Translations under genes and position numbers: made by a program
The notes under the pieces: model-generated
Databases searched by the model: none
Told to the model about the DNA's origin: nothing
What the model saw: only the letters and a program-made list of their open reading frames with translations
Shown here: in pieces, positions 13,654-26,218 of the stretch
Position numbering within the stretch: the stretch's first letter is position 1
Layout: every line of letters begins with the position of its first letter
Source: Octopus vulgaris
Lineage: Eukaryota
NCBI GenBank assembly: GCA_951406725.2
Contig: OX597841.1
Span: forward strand, 17,236,001 to 17,300,000
Direction: 5' to 3'
DNA length: 64,000 nucleotides

Positions 13654-14377
13654 TGTATATATATGTATGTATATATATATGTATATATATAAATGTATGT
13701 ATATATATATATGTATATATATGTATGTATATATGTATATATATAAATGTATATATATATATATGTATATATGTATATATGTATGTATATGTGTATATGT
13801 ATATATTTCGTTTTTGGATTTGGTTTGCAAGATTCTTTATGTGAGGTCGTGTGTTGAAGCATATTCTGTTTTATGTGTGGGGAGAGCCATTCACTTTTTG
13901 TGCCTTATAATTTTTACACACTCACCGGTAAAATTTCCATTTATTTTTTTCTTTATTTTCGTGGTGTCTTGCAACCTTTTCATTACTTTTGACTCTGTCC
14001 CTTATTCACACTGCGTTCCTTTTTGTTTGTTTGTGCGCATGTGTGTGGGTTAGTGTGTGTGTGTGTGTGTGTGTGCATATACATGCATGTATGTATGTAT
14101 GTATGCATGTATGTGTGTATGCATGTATCTGTACATTTGTATGTATGTATTCTGTATATTCATGTGTTCGTGTTTGTGTGTTTTTATGTATGTGTGTGTG
14201 TGTGTGTGTGTACCTCTGTCTCCTTGTGTGTGCATGTATGAGTGTGTGTATATATATATATATATCCACCTACCTACCTATCTATCTATCTATTTGTCTA
14301 CCTACCTACTTATCTATCTATCTATCTATCTATCTACCTACTTATCTATCTATCTATCTATCTACTTATCTACCTAC

Positions 14378-14413
<36 letters not shown>

Positions 14414-14896
14414 TTATTTATTTATTTATTCATCGATGCAATTTGTCTATCCTGTATCTCTCTCACTGAAAATTACTCTGTAAGTATTTCGCAACAGCAA
14501 TTTCTCCTTCAAATTCACTCCGACAAAATCGCTGATTCTTCACTTGCCGATTAATTTGAAAGATAGAGATATGCTTTCCAACATTGAGCCGCTTAAATCC
14601 TTAACAATCTCTCTCTGTCTCTGTCTCTCTTTCCTTCTGCCTTTCCTTCTCGTTTCTCACACTCACTCATTCTTTCTTTCTTTCTTTCTCAGTGAAGATT
14701 TTTTTTGTTTTGTTTTTGAACGGAGGTTTTTGTCCTTGTGGCAGCGTTGTTGCTTCATATTTGAGGTTTTACAGGGACAGAAGCAGACGACCAACGAGAC
14801 AGACAGACAGGTAGACAGACAGACAGACTGACACACAGGGAGAACTAAAGAGAGAACGACAGCCAGGCAGACAAACCAAGAGAAAATTCTTACATA

Positions 14897-15067
14897 GGCG
14901 CAGGAGTGGCTGTGTGGTAAGTAGCTTGCTAACCAACCACATGGTTCCGGGTTCAGTCCCACTGCGTGGCACCTTGGGCAAGTGTCTTGTACTATAGCCT
15001 CAGGCCGACCAAAGCCTTGTGAGTGGATTTGGTAGACGGAAACTGAAAGAAGCCCGTCGTATATATG

Positions 15068-15109
<42 letters not shown>

Positions 15110-15326
15110 TGTGTGTCTGTGTTTGTCCCCCTAGCATTGCTTGACAACCGATGCTGGTGTGTTTATGTCCCCGTTACTTAGCGGTTCGGCAAAAGAGACC
15201 GATAGAATAAGTACTGGGCTTACAAAAGAATAAGTCCCAGGGTCGAGTTGCTCGATTTAAGGCGGTGCTCCAGCATGGCCACAGTCAAATGACTGAAACA
15301 AGTAAAAGAGTAAAAAGAGTAAAGAG
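14897..15326 (+). mobile_element. SINE family A, full length
   Basis: GGCGCAGGAGTGGCTGTGTGG start through the (GTAAAAGA)n tail. Confidence 0.92.
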
Positions 15327-15329
15327 ACC

Positions 15330-17545
15330 CTGTAATTGAAAGAGAGGGGGAAATAGTTAAGATGGATGCCACATTAAGTAAGATCAAGCGAATTTTTCTC
15401 TGAAAACTGCGCCGCTGTTTGCGTGAGTGTTTTTTTTTTCTGGGAAAAGCAGATATAGACAAACAGACAGACAGACAGACAGATGAAGAGAGGAACAGAG
15501 CGAGACAGAAAAGAAGGGTCAGAGAGACAGACAGTTGTTGTGATTGAAGGGGAAGGATAAATAGTTAAGATGGCTGCCACATTCAGTGAGATCAAGGAAG
15601 GTGTTCTCTGAAAGCCGTGTGGTTGTTTTCTATGGGGTTTTTATTAAGAGAGAGCTCGGAACAGACAGAGAGATGGAGAAGGAGACAGAGACAGACAGAC
15701 AGACGTAGTGAGTAAGAGAGACAGACAGACAGAAACTGAGAGACAGACAGACAGACAGACGTAGTAAGATAGACATAGACAGAGAGAGACAGACAGACAG
15801 AAACTGAGAGACAGACAGACAGACAGACGTAGTAAGAGAGACAGATAGACAGAAACAAACAGAGAGACAGACAGACAGATACTGAGAGACAAAAAGACAG
15901 ACAGACAGACAGACGTAGTGAGTAAGAGAGACAGATAGACAGAAACAAACAGAAAGACAGACAGACAGATACTGAGAGACAAAAATACAGACAGACAGAC
16001 AGACACGCAGACGTAGTGTGTAAGAGAGACAGACAGACAGACAAAAACAAACAGAGACTCAGACGGACAGAAACTGAGAGACAAAAAGACAGATAGACAG
16101 AGAGGGAGAGGGAGAGAGAAAGACAGTTAAGATGGCTGCCATATTCAGTAAGACCGAGCAGGTTATTCTCTGAAAACTGTGTTCTTGTTTACATGGGGTT
16201 TTGCTGAGAGAGATAGAGAGGGACAAAGAGAGAAACAAAGAGACAGATGGAGAGGGAGACAGAGAGACAGACAAACAGATAGAGAGGACGTCAGAGAGAT
16301 AGAGAGACTGACACGGTGATTAATTGAGAGAGCGCTAGACAGTTAAGATGGCTGCCACTTTGAGTAAGAACGAACAAGTTATTTTGTGAAAGCCGTGTTA
16401 TTGTTGGCACAAGATTTTACTGAAAGAGAGAGAGAGAAAGAGAGAGAGAGTAGAGGGAGATGGAGGAAATGAGAGTTTGAGAGAGAGAGAGGAAAGCAGA
16501 TTCGGAGATTGAGAGAGAGAGAGAGAGAAATACGATTGTTGTAAGCATAGGGTTTACTGAGGGAGAAAGACAGAGACAAGGACAAAAGTTGAAAGGGATA
16601 AATAGTAAGAGAAAGTCAGGCAGAGACAGACAGACAGACAGACAGAAACAGTGCTACGGGGAGAGAGATGGAGAGAGACACACAGTAAGAGACAGACAGA
16701 TAGTGATTAAGTGAGAGAGAGAGATAGTTAAGATGGCTGCCACATTGAATAAGATCGAGGAAGTTCTCCTCTGAAAGCCGTGTTACTGTAGACAAAAGAT
16801 TTTACTGAGAGAGAGGAAGAGGGAGGGAAATAGAGAGACAGAGAGATAGAGACAAAGAGAGAGACAGACAGGCAAGGAGGTAGACACGCAGATTGAGAGA
16901 GAGAGAGACAAGTAAATTGGATGTTGTTAGCACAAGGTTTTACTGGGAGAGAAAGGCAGAGGCAAGGAGAAAGAGAAATAGAAAGAAACAGGGAGAGAAA
17001 GTCAGAGAGAGAGAAAGAAACGTAGGGAGACAGATTGGAAGAAGAAGACAGGAAAGATGGCTGCTACATTCAGTAAGATCAAGCGAATTTTTCTCTGAAA
17101 AGCTTGTCGTTGTTTTCATGGGGTTTTGACTGAGAGAGATAGAGACATACATACAGACAGAGAGAAACAGGGGGAAACAGAGAGATAAACAGATACAGTC
17201 ATTAAGAGAGAGAGACACACACACAGACACAGTGATTAAGAGAGAGAGAGACAGAGAAATAGACAGTTAAAATGGCTGCCACATTGAGTAAGATCAAGAG
17301 AATTTTTCTCTGAAAAGCTTGTCGTTGTTTTCATGGGGTTTTGACTGAGAGAGAGACAGACAGACAGAGAGAAACAGGGGGAAACAGAGAGATAAACAGA
17401 CACAGTGATTAAGAGAGAGAGACACACACACACACAGACACAGTGATTAAGAGAGAGAGAGACAGAGAAACAGACAGTTAAAATGGCTGCCACATTGAGT
17501 AAGATCAAGCAAATTATTCTCTGAAAGCCGTGTCGTTGCTGGTAC
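15330..17545. repeat. Tandem array of 8 conserved ~85-bp blocks (GTTAAGATGGCTGCCACATTSAGTAAGATCAAG...TCTCTGAAAG...TTTACTGA) separated by GA/GACA-rich spacers
   Basis: AARATGG at 15359, 15567, 16129, 16345, 16730, 17054, 17269 and 17480; minimal spacings 208-216 bp. Confidence 0.9.
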
Positions 17546-17857
17546 AATTACAGCAGTCCATTTATTGATCGGTGAAATTCCATCAAGCAAAACTTTACTC
17601 AACCTTTAAACAAGAATGAAGTAATTTTACTTCAGGCTTTTAAATGGATATTTTACAGGCCTTCCTTGTTAATTTCCGGTTCAATCTAAACTCCGTGTGC
17701 GTGCGTGCGTGCATATGTGTGCATATGTGTATATGTGAATGGCTACGAGTGGTTGTATGCGTGTGTAAGTACATATACATATATAAATATATGTGTATGT
17801 GTATATATATGTACACACACACACACATATATATATATATATGTATATATACACACG

Positions 17858-17890
<33 letters not shown>

Positions 17891-18590
17891 GTATATATGT
17901 CTATGTATGTATGTATGTATGTATGTATATATATATATCTATATATATATATATGTATGTATATATGTCTATATATATATATGTATATATGTCTATATAT
18001 GTCTATATATATGTGTGTGTGTGTATGTATATATGTCTATATATATATATATATATGTGTGTGTGTATGTATATATGTCTATATATATATATATATATGT
18101 AAGTATGTATATATGTCTATATATATATTATGTACGTATATATGTCTATATATATTTGTATTTATGTGTGTATATATGTCTATATATATATATGTATGTA
18201 TGTATATATATGTATATATATATATATATATATATAGAGACGTATGTGTCTGTATATATGTGTGGCTACGCATGGTTGTATGTGTATGAACATATACATA
18301 TAAACATATATATATGTGTGAATGTGCGTGTGGGTGTATGGCCTGGCTACGTATGTATGTATGTTTGCATATATGGATGGGTGAACACTTCTGAGAGTAT
18401 ATATTTATGTATATGCTTCGATGTATACATGTAGGTATGTGTGTGTGTAAGTAGATATGTATGGATGAATGGATGCATGCTTGTATGCATGGGTGTACAT
18501 ACTTTTGTATGTGTGTGTCTATTGGCATGTTTCCCTACGTACATATATATGTGTGTGTGTGTGTAGAAAGATAGAGATAGAGATAGACAC

Positions 18591-18687
<97 letters not shown>

Positions 18688-18704
18688 TAGATAGATAGAG
18701 AGAA

Positions 18705-18811
<107 letters not shown>

Positions 18812-19227
18812 TAGATAGATAGATAGATAGAAAGACAGATAGATAGATAGATAGATAGGTAGATAGATAGACAAACAGACAGATAGACAGACGGATGGAG
18901 AGAGAGAGAGAGAGATAGTAATTTGTGAAATTTCCTGTGTAGACGCTTATATGTATGTCTCTATGCATATTTGTACATATTTGTGTGTGTGTGTGTGTGT
19001 GTACGTGTGTGTGTGTGTATACGTATTTGTATGGACTTCTCTAAGTGTTTACATGCGTGTGTCCCTGCATAAATTTATATATAAATGTATCCTCAATAAT
19101 TACAAATGTATTTGTATGTATATATGTATGTATGTATATGTGTGCATATATATGTATATACATACATTTACATATGTGTGTGTGTGTGTGGATACCAGTG
19201 TATATTTGTATGAATGAGCGTTTGTAT

Positions 19228-19570
19228 GCATGGTTCCGAGTTCAGTCCCACTGCGTGGCATCTTGGGCAAGTGTCTTCTGCTATAGCCCCGGGCCGACCA
19301 ATGCCTTGTGAGTGGATTTGGTAGACGGAAACTGAAAGAAGCCTGTCGTATATGTGTATATATATATATGTATGTGTGTCTGTGTTTGTTCCCCCCTAGC
19401 ATTGCTTGACAACCGATGCTGGTGTGTTTATGTCCCCGTTACTTAGCGGTTCGGCAAAAGAGACCGATAGAATAAGTACTGGGCTTACAAAAAGAATAAG
19501 TCCCGGGGTCGAGTTTCTCGATTAAAGGCGGTGCTCCAGCATGGCCGCAGTCAAACGACTGTAACAAGTA
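19228..19570 (+). mobile_element. SINE family A, 5'-truncated
   Basis: Matches the family A consensus from CATGGTTCC to the tail. Confidence 0.9.
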
Positions 19571-19644
19571 AAATAGTATATATGTGCATGTGTGTATGTA
19601 TCTATACATATAAGAATAGAATATATATACATATACATGTTTTC

Positions 19645-19965
19645 ATATGCCTTTCTTTTGCTGGCCTCAAATCTCATCTGCAAACGCATGGAAAACGAAC
19701 CTCCACCAACTATTCTGCCTATATGTCTGTGCACACCTTTCAACGCCATGTATGTCATAAGGTCTGCAAACCTAACACAGGCCTCAGAAGACATTTTAAG
19801 ATCCACAAAGATCAGAACTTATCTGAAGGTCTTGGTGATCCAAATCGGATAGGCAATTTATGTGGGTGTCTTTGCAGAACATTGTTTCGTTTAAAAAGCC
19901 ACATAGATCTAAGGTGAAGGTACAAGAGGTGGTCAAACTCTGCATAAGGAGTAGACAATCATAAT
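19645..19965 (+). mobile_element. RTE-like LINE 3' end encoding degenerate tandem C2H2 fingers
   Basis: CLSFAGLKSHLQTH...VCHKVCKPNTGLRRHFKIH...LCGCLCRTLFRLKSHI*; short 3' UTR TGGTCAAACTC..GAGTAGACAATCAT running into (TA)n. Confidence 0.65.
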
Positions 19966-20067
19966 ATATATATATATATATATAATATGAGGGAATATTA
20001 TTCCAAACTTACAGGGAAAAATTTAATTTAGAAATACTAAATCAAATTTCACAAAGTATAATATATA

Positions 20068-20184
20068 TCTTTATATATAAAAGAGAGGTTGTGTGTCTGT
20101 CTCCTACGATTTAGATTCCTAACTACTCCCACATTTTGCGGTACTGTTTAACCAAAACCGGGTATCTTATAGTCGTGATTCATA
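20068..20184 (+). mobile_element. Possible Helitron-like 5' end
   Basis: a|TCTTTATATATAAAAGAGAGGTTGTGTGTCTGTC resembles the TC-initiated, TATATAAAA-rich Helitron 5' terminus; no 3' CTRR end found. Confidence 0.4.
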
Positions 20185-20722
20185 GGCAAAGTCGACCTCG
20201 GCGGAATTTGAACTCAGAATGTAGCGGCAGACGCAATACCTGTTTCTTTACTACCCACAAGGGGTTAAACACAGAGGGGACAAACAAGGACAGACGAACG
20301 GATTAAGTCGATTACATCGACCCCAGTGCGTAACTGGTACTTATTTAATTGATCCCGAAAGGATGAAAGGCAAAGTTGACCTCGGCGGGATTTGAACTCA
20401 GAACGTAGCGGCAGACGAAATACCTATTTCTTTATTACCTACAAGGGGCTAAACACAGAGGGGACAAACAAGGACAGACGAACAGATTAAATCGATATAC
20501 TAATCGACCCCAGTGCGTAACTGGTACTTAATTTATCGACCCCGAAAGGATGAAAGGCAAAGTCGACCTCGGCGGGATTTGAACTCAGAACTTAGCGGCA
20601 GGCTAAATACCGCTAAGCATTTCGCCCTACGTGCTAACGTCTCTGCCAGCTCGCCGCCTTCTTAGCCGAAATACCGCTAAGCATTTTGTCCGGGGCCGTA
20701 GCAATTTAGCCAGTTCGCCACC
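20185..20722 (-). mobile_element. SINE family B head-to-tail multimer (~2.5 units plus a duplicated head)
   Basis: Units joined at GAAATACCTATTTCTTTA; head GCCAGCTCGCCGCC near 20646-20659. Confidence 0.88.
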
Positions 20723-20902
20723 TACCGGACATCTAATATCGCTTTGTTTTTCCCTTCCTCCGCTCTTTCCTCTTCAGCGTTTTCCTCGCCTCTTCCTCTT
20801 TTACCTCCACCTCCGCCTCCTCATATTATGTAGTCCCCATAGTATAGCCTTTCCTTTCTACGTCTATCTTCACCTTCCTTTTGATTTCTCGCTGTCCTTC
20901 TT

Positions 20903-21126
20903 TACTCTTTTACTCTTTTACTTGTTTCAGTCATTTGACTGCGGCCATGCTGGAGCACCGCCTTTAATCGAGCAACTCGACCCCGGGACTTATTCTTTTG
21001 TAAGCCCAGTACTTATTCTATCGGTCTCTTTTGCCGAACCGCTAAGTAACGGGGACATCGGTTGTCAAGTGATGTTGGGGGGACAAACAAAGACACACAA
21101 ACATATATACACACATACATATATAG

Positions 21127-21157
<31 letters not shown>

Positions 21158-21505
21158 TACGATGGGCTTCTTTCGGTTTCCGTCTACCAAATCCACTCAC
21201 AAGGCTTTGGTCGGCCCGAGGCTATAGTAGAAGACACTTGCCCAAGGTGCCACGCAGTGGGACTGAACCCGGAACCACGTGGTTGGTAAACACGCTACTT
21301 ACCACACAGCCACTCCTGCGCCTATATATATATACATATATACGACGGGCTTCTTTCAGTTTCCGTCTACCAAATCCACTCAGAAGGCATTGGTCGGCCC
21401 GAGGCTATAGCAGAAGACACTTACCCAAGGTGCCACGCAGTGGGACTGAACCCGGAACCACGTGGTTGGTAAACAAGCTACTTACCACACGGCCCCTCCT
21501 GCGCC
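20903..21505 (-). mobile_element. SINE family A full copy plus a tandem second head
   Basis: Tail from 20903, head ending near 21322, second head 21343-21505 sharing the variant GAACCACGTGG. Confidence 0.9.
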
Positions 21506-22139
21506 TGATGAACTTTGATCACACTTAAGCACCCATAATAACTTCTTCTCCTTCAATATCGCACAAAACCGTGGGGTTTTTTTTTTTCTTCTTCACTTCA
21601 TTTGATAACACATCGTAAGCGTTAACAGGAAAATAATTCACACCCTGTCGCCCGGTCATTTACCTTCACACCTTCAATAGCTGGGTCATTCACCTTCTAA
21701 AGGTAGTTCAGAAGAAAAGCACCACCTTCAGAATATTACGAGATCTACTTTAGCATGGAGAGAGTTAAGGAGGGCTTCAAAGAGTTTCACCAACAAACCC
21801 ATAACTGTTACCATGTATGTTATTGCTCTATATATGTGGATATATTACTCTTCATCTTTCTATCGAGTACTATGTATTTCTTGTATTTCTTCTAAAATTA
21901 TTTATCAAATATGATACGATATATGTCTAAGAGTATATCTATTTCTATCTGTCTATCTATCTGTCTATCTATCTATCTATCTGTCTGTCTATCTATCTGT
22001 CTATCTCTGTCTGTCTATCTATCTATCTATCTATCTCTCTATCTATCTATCTGTTTATTTATCTGTTTATCTATCTGTCTATCTATCTGTCTATCTAACT
22101 ATCTGTGTATCTATCTGTCTATATATCTATTTGTCTATA

Positions 22140-22201
<62 letters not shown>

Positions 22202-22235
22202 CCTATATCTCTCTCTCTATATACATATATATATA

Positions 22236-22278
22236 TACCACCTGTCTTCGTCTTTTGTTTTTTTCGTAAACTCTCCCT
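22236..22278 (+). mobile_element. Extreme 3' end of Penelope-like family P1 in (TA)n
   Basis: CACCACCTGTCTTCGTCTTTTGTTT..TTCGTAAACTCTCCC matches 25588-25630. Confidence 0.6.
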
Positions 22279-22287
22279 ATATATATA

Positions 22288-22333
<46 letters not shown>

Positions 22334-22407
22334 GACATATAAATACAAATACATGCATATAAATAAATGTATGTGTGTAGGTGCATCACACATACATACA
22401 TATATGA

Positions 22408-22442
<35 letters not shown>

Positions 22443-22448
22443 CGTATG

Positions 22449-22479
<31 letters not shown>

Positions 22480-22795
22480 TGCCTAGGAATGTGAGCATAC
22501 ATATACATGTGCGTATGTATTTGTTAGTGTGTGCATGCGTGTGTATGTGTGCGCGCACGTTTATGTGTGTGTGTGTGTGTGTGTGCGGGGTGTGGGTTTG
22601 CACCATATATCGTGTCAATTTATCGATCTCTGTTCAATAGATTTGCAATGTGCTTCGTTTCCATAAGCGAATCGCCTTTGATGTGCAAGTCGTTGGTGAC
22701 TGGTGAGGTTTTAAGTTCTTAGCTTGTCAGTCCGGGCTAAATGGAGGAGAGACGATAGCGTACACAGACACACATATACATATATATACATATAT

Positions 22796-22841
<46 letters not shown>

Positions 22842-23001
22842 GCATACATGCATACATACATACGTATGTATATAGAAAGAGAGTTCAGTAGGTGTGTGAG
22901 ATGAGTGGAGGAGATAGCCAAATGCGTAAGGAAGGAGATACGTAAGATAGATGGAGTTGCTTCGAAAGATAGATAATTAAATTTCTGTTTTTGTGCATGT
23001 G

Positions 23002-23039
<38 letters not shown>

Positions 23040-23744
23040 AGTGAGTAAATATGTACACACATATATATACATATATAGATAGATAGAGAGATAGATAGAT
23101 GGATGGAGAGATACATACATACATTCATACATAGAGATATATATTCATACATAGAGATATATATTACATAGAGATATATATGTAAATACATGTGTGTATG
23201 CGTATGGATGGATGTATCATATATATATATATATATAGATAGATAGATAGATAGACACATATATACATACATATATGTATATATTGATATATATAGTTAC
23301 ATATATATACATATGTATATACATGTGTATATGTGTGTGATGCTTTGCGTGTATGTATGTGTGGATGGAAAGATGGATGTTTTATGTATATACAAAGATA
23401 GATAGATAGATAGACACATACATACATACATACATACACACATACACACATACATATAGTTAGATTATATATATATAATTACATATAGATATATATATGT
23501 ACATACATGCATACAGATAGATAGATATATATCTAATTACATATAGATAGATATATATAATTACATATAGATATATATGTACATACATGTGTATATATAC
23601 GTGTGTGTGTGTTTGTGTGTGTATGTATGAATGGATGGATGGATGGATGTGTTATGTATGTATTAGAGAGACAGAAAGAGAGTTAGACAGACAGACAGAT
23701 AGATGGATAGAGAGATATTTTTACATAGACAAACTATGTATTAA

Positions 23745-23780
<36 letters not shown>

Positions 23781-23850
23781 TACAAACGAGCAAAAGGATG
23801 TAGAGAGACATCCATGGATAGATTGGTGGATAGATACATACAGACATATA

Positions 23851-23953
23851 GGCGCAGGAGTGGCTGTGTGGTAAGTAGCTTGCTTACCAACCACATGGTT
23901 CCGGGTTCAGTCCCACTGCGTGGCATCTTGGGCAAGTGTCTTCTACTATAGCC
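23851..23953 (+). mobile_element. SINE family A head fragment
   Basis: tRNA-like head to CTACTATAGCC. Confidence 0.85.
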
Positions 23954-24190
23954 AGAACACCAACACTGACTGCCTTCTTCACCTCCTACCCCCGTACCGG
24001 CCTTTTCCCGCCCTTTCTGCTCCGTCCTTCTTTCCTGCACCCCAGCGCCACCGTCCTGCAAATCGAAACCGATCGATCAGTGCGAAGCGTCTGCTTCGAT
24101 GAGATCGCAAAGGACAAGCGCAGCCACTACAACTTTGCATAGAGCAACAAGAAGTAGAACAACAATAACAAAAACAACAGCAACAACAGT

Positions 24191-24530
24191 GGAGGCGCAA
24201 TGGCCCCGTGGTTAGGGCAGCGGACTCGCGGTCGTAGGATCGCCGTTTCGATTCCCAGACCGGGCGTTGTGCGTGTTTATTGAGCGAAAACACCTAAAGC
24301 TCCACGAGGCTCCGGCAGGGGGTGGTGGCGACCCCTGTTGTACTCTTACGCTCCGACTTTCTCTCACTCTTTCTTCCTGTTTCTTGTCCCCGACTTCCTA
24401 CGCTACCGCTGAGCCTGGATGCGCATTCATCCATCCGTCGATGCTCTCGGTGTCGGGGGTTGACCTGCTGTCTCTTCTGCGGGTCTTACGAATAGCAAAG
24501 GACCATGTTTCGGACTTCTCCCAAACAAAC
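24191..24530 (+). mobile_element. tRNA-derived SINE family C (tRNA-Arg-like head)
   Basis: A-box TGGCCCCGTGG, anticodon-like arm GCGGAC-TCG-CGGTCGT, B-box GTTTCGATTCCC, (CAAA)n end. Confidence 0.7.
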
Positions 24531-24846
24531 AGTAACACTATCGGCAGCAACCATTAAGCTACTCCAACTCCGCCAAAAGCGCCCTCTATTTCTACTGTAA
24601 CACTCACAGCAACATGGAGAAATATCATCACCGTTGTATACTACCACCGGTACTACTAACGCCAACACATCACAAGATCCACGAGAGAACCTTCGGTACC
24701 ATAGCAAGACATGCTAGCAACAGCAGCTAAATCTCCCTTAAATCGCACTGAACTGTCATATGTGTACGCTTTTACTTTTCACCTGTTTCAGTCATTTGAC
24801 TGTGGCCATACTGAAGCACCGCCTTTAGTCAAGCAAATCGACCCCA

Positions 24847-25295
24847 GGCGGCGAGCTGGCAGAAACGTGAGCACGCCGGGCGAAATACGTAGCCGTATTT
24901 CGTCTGTCGTTACGTTTCGAGCTCAAATTCCGCCGGGGTCGACTTTGCCTTTCATCCTTTCGGGGTCGATAAATTAAGTACCAGTTACGCACTGGGGTCG
25001 ATGTAATTGACTTAATCCGTTTGTCTGTCCTTGTTTGTCCCCTCTATGTTTAGCCCCTTGTGGGTAGTAAAGAAATTGGTATTTCGTCTTCCGCTACGTT
25101 TTGAGTTCAAATTCCGCCGAGGTCGACTTTGCCTTTCATCCTTTCGGGGTCGATAAATTAAGTACCAGTTACGCACTGGGGTCGATAAATTAAGTACCAG
25201 TTACGCACTGGGGTCGATGTAATCGACTTAATCCGTTTGTCTGTCCTTTGCTTGTCCCCTCTGTGTGTAGCTCCTTGTGGTTAGTAAAGAAATAA
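24847..25295 (+). mobile_element. SINE family B dimer flanked by a 14-bp TSD
   Basis: TSD AAATCGACCCCAGG at 24835-24848 and 25296-25309. Confidence 0.88.
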
Positions 25296-25454
25296 AAATC
25301 GACCCCAGGACTTATTCTTTGTAAGCCTAGTACTTATTTTATCGGTGTCTTTTGCTGGACCGCTAAGTTACGGGGACGTAAACACACCAGCATCGGTGGT
25401 CAAGCGATGTTAGGGGGGGGGGGCAAACACAGACACGCAAACATATACACACAC

Positions 25455-25633
25455 ATTAGCTACTACGCACATTTTTTTTCTCTCCTTGTTTTTTTTCTGT
25501 GTCCCTTTCTGTCGAAGAGCGTAGGCTCGAAACGTAAAAGACTTTCTATTCCTGAGCGTTATACTAATACATCTGTTTGTTTTGTACACCACCTGCCTTC
25601 GTCTTTTGTTTATTTTCGTAAACTTTCCCTTCA
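25455..25633 (+). mobile_element. Penelope-like pseudo-LTR family P1
   Basis: Hammerhead-like motif at 25505-25540; 3' end runs into (TA)n. Confidence 0.65.
25505..25540 (+). ncRNA. Minimal type-I hammerhead-like motif with variant core
   Basis: Stem I CTTT/AAAG, core CTGTCGA, stem II GAGC/GCTC, GAAA, GTA triplet. Confidence 0.55.
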
Positions 25634-25858
25634 TATATATATATATATAATATATATACATATATATACATATATACGACGGGCTTCTTTCAGTTTCCGT
25701 CTACCAAATCCACTCACAAGGCTTTGGTTGGCCCGAGGCTATAGTAGAAGACACTTGCCCAAGGTGCCACGCAGTGGGACTGAACCTGGAACCATGTGGT
25801 TGGTTAGCAAGCTACTTACCACACAGCCACTCCTGAGCCTATATATATATATATGCGT

Positions 25859-25898
<40 letters not shown>

Positions 25899-26181
25899 CT
25901 CTCTCCCACCTCCACCAACAACAGCAACGTCAATACCGCCACCACCTCCTCCATCTCTCTTCCTATATCTTCTTTCTCCTCCACCTCAACCTCCCCCCGC
26001 CACCATCATCACATGTCTCCCCTCCTTCCCTCCCTCCTACCACCACCGCCACCACCTCTCATCCGGTCTCTTTTCTCTACCACTTCCCCCTTCCCCTCAT
26101 CCCTCTCGTCTTCCAACCACGAACGACCACCACCAACATCAACAACACCAACACCGCCTCTTTTCTCGTCTCTTCTCTCTC

Positions 26182-26218
<37 letters not shown>

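Larger units (their letters stand above)
24770..25840 (-). mobile_element. SINE family A hosting a nested family B multimer and a Penelope-like LTR
   Basis: Tail at 24770-24846 and 25296-25440; head at 25677-25840. Confidence 0.85.

Noticed and set aside
13920-14610. Strong donor-like sites (minus CCG|GTGAGT near 13925, plus GTAAGT near 14480) and short open frames; similar cases at 5085-5121, 29400-29580, 31830-32020, 45159-45219, 51745-51920 and 52620-52667
   Set aside because: No consistent strand, phase chain or recognisable peptide links them into a gene; such sites are expected by chance
14897-14965. tRNA genes at SINE heads (also 24191-24262 and family B heads)
   Set aside because: A and B boxes are present but no complete cloverleaf, and they continue into multi-copy SINE bodies
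15330-17545. CRISPR-like repeat-spacer appearance
   Set aside because: Eukaryotic context, ~85-bp degenerate repeats, low-complexity spacers of variable length and no cas genes
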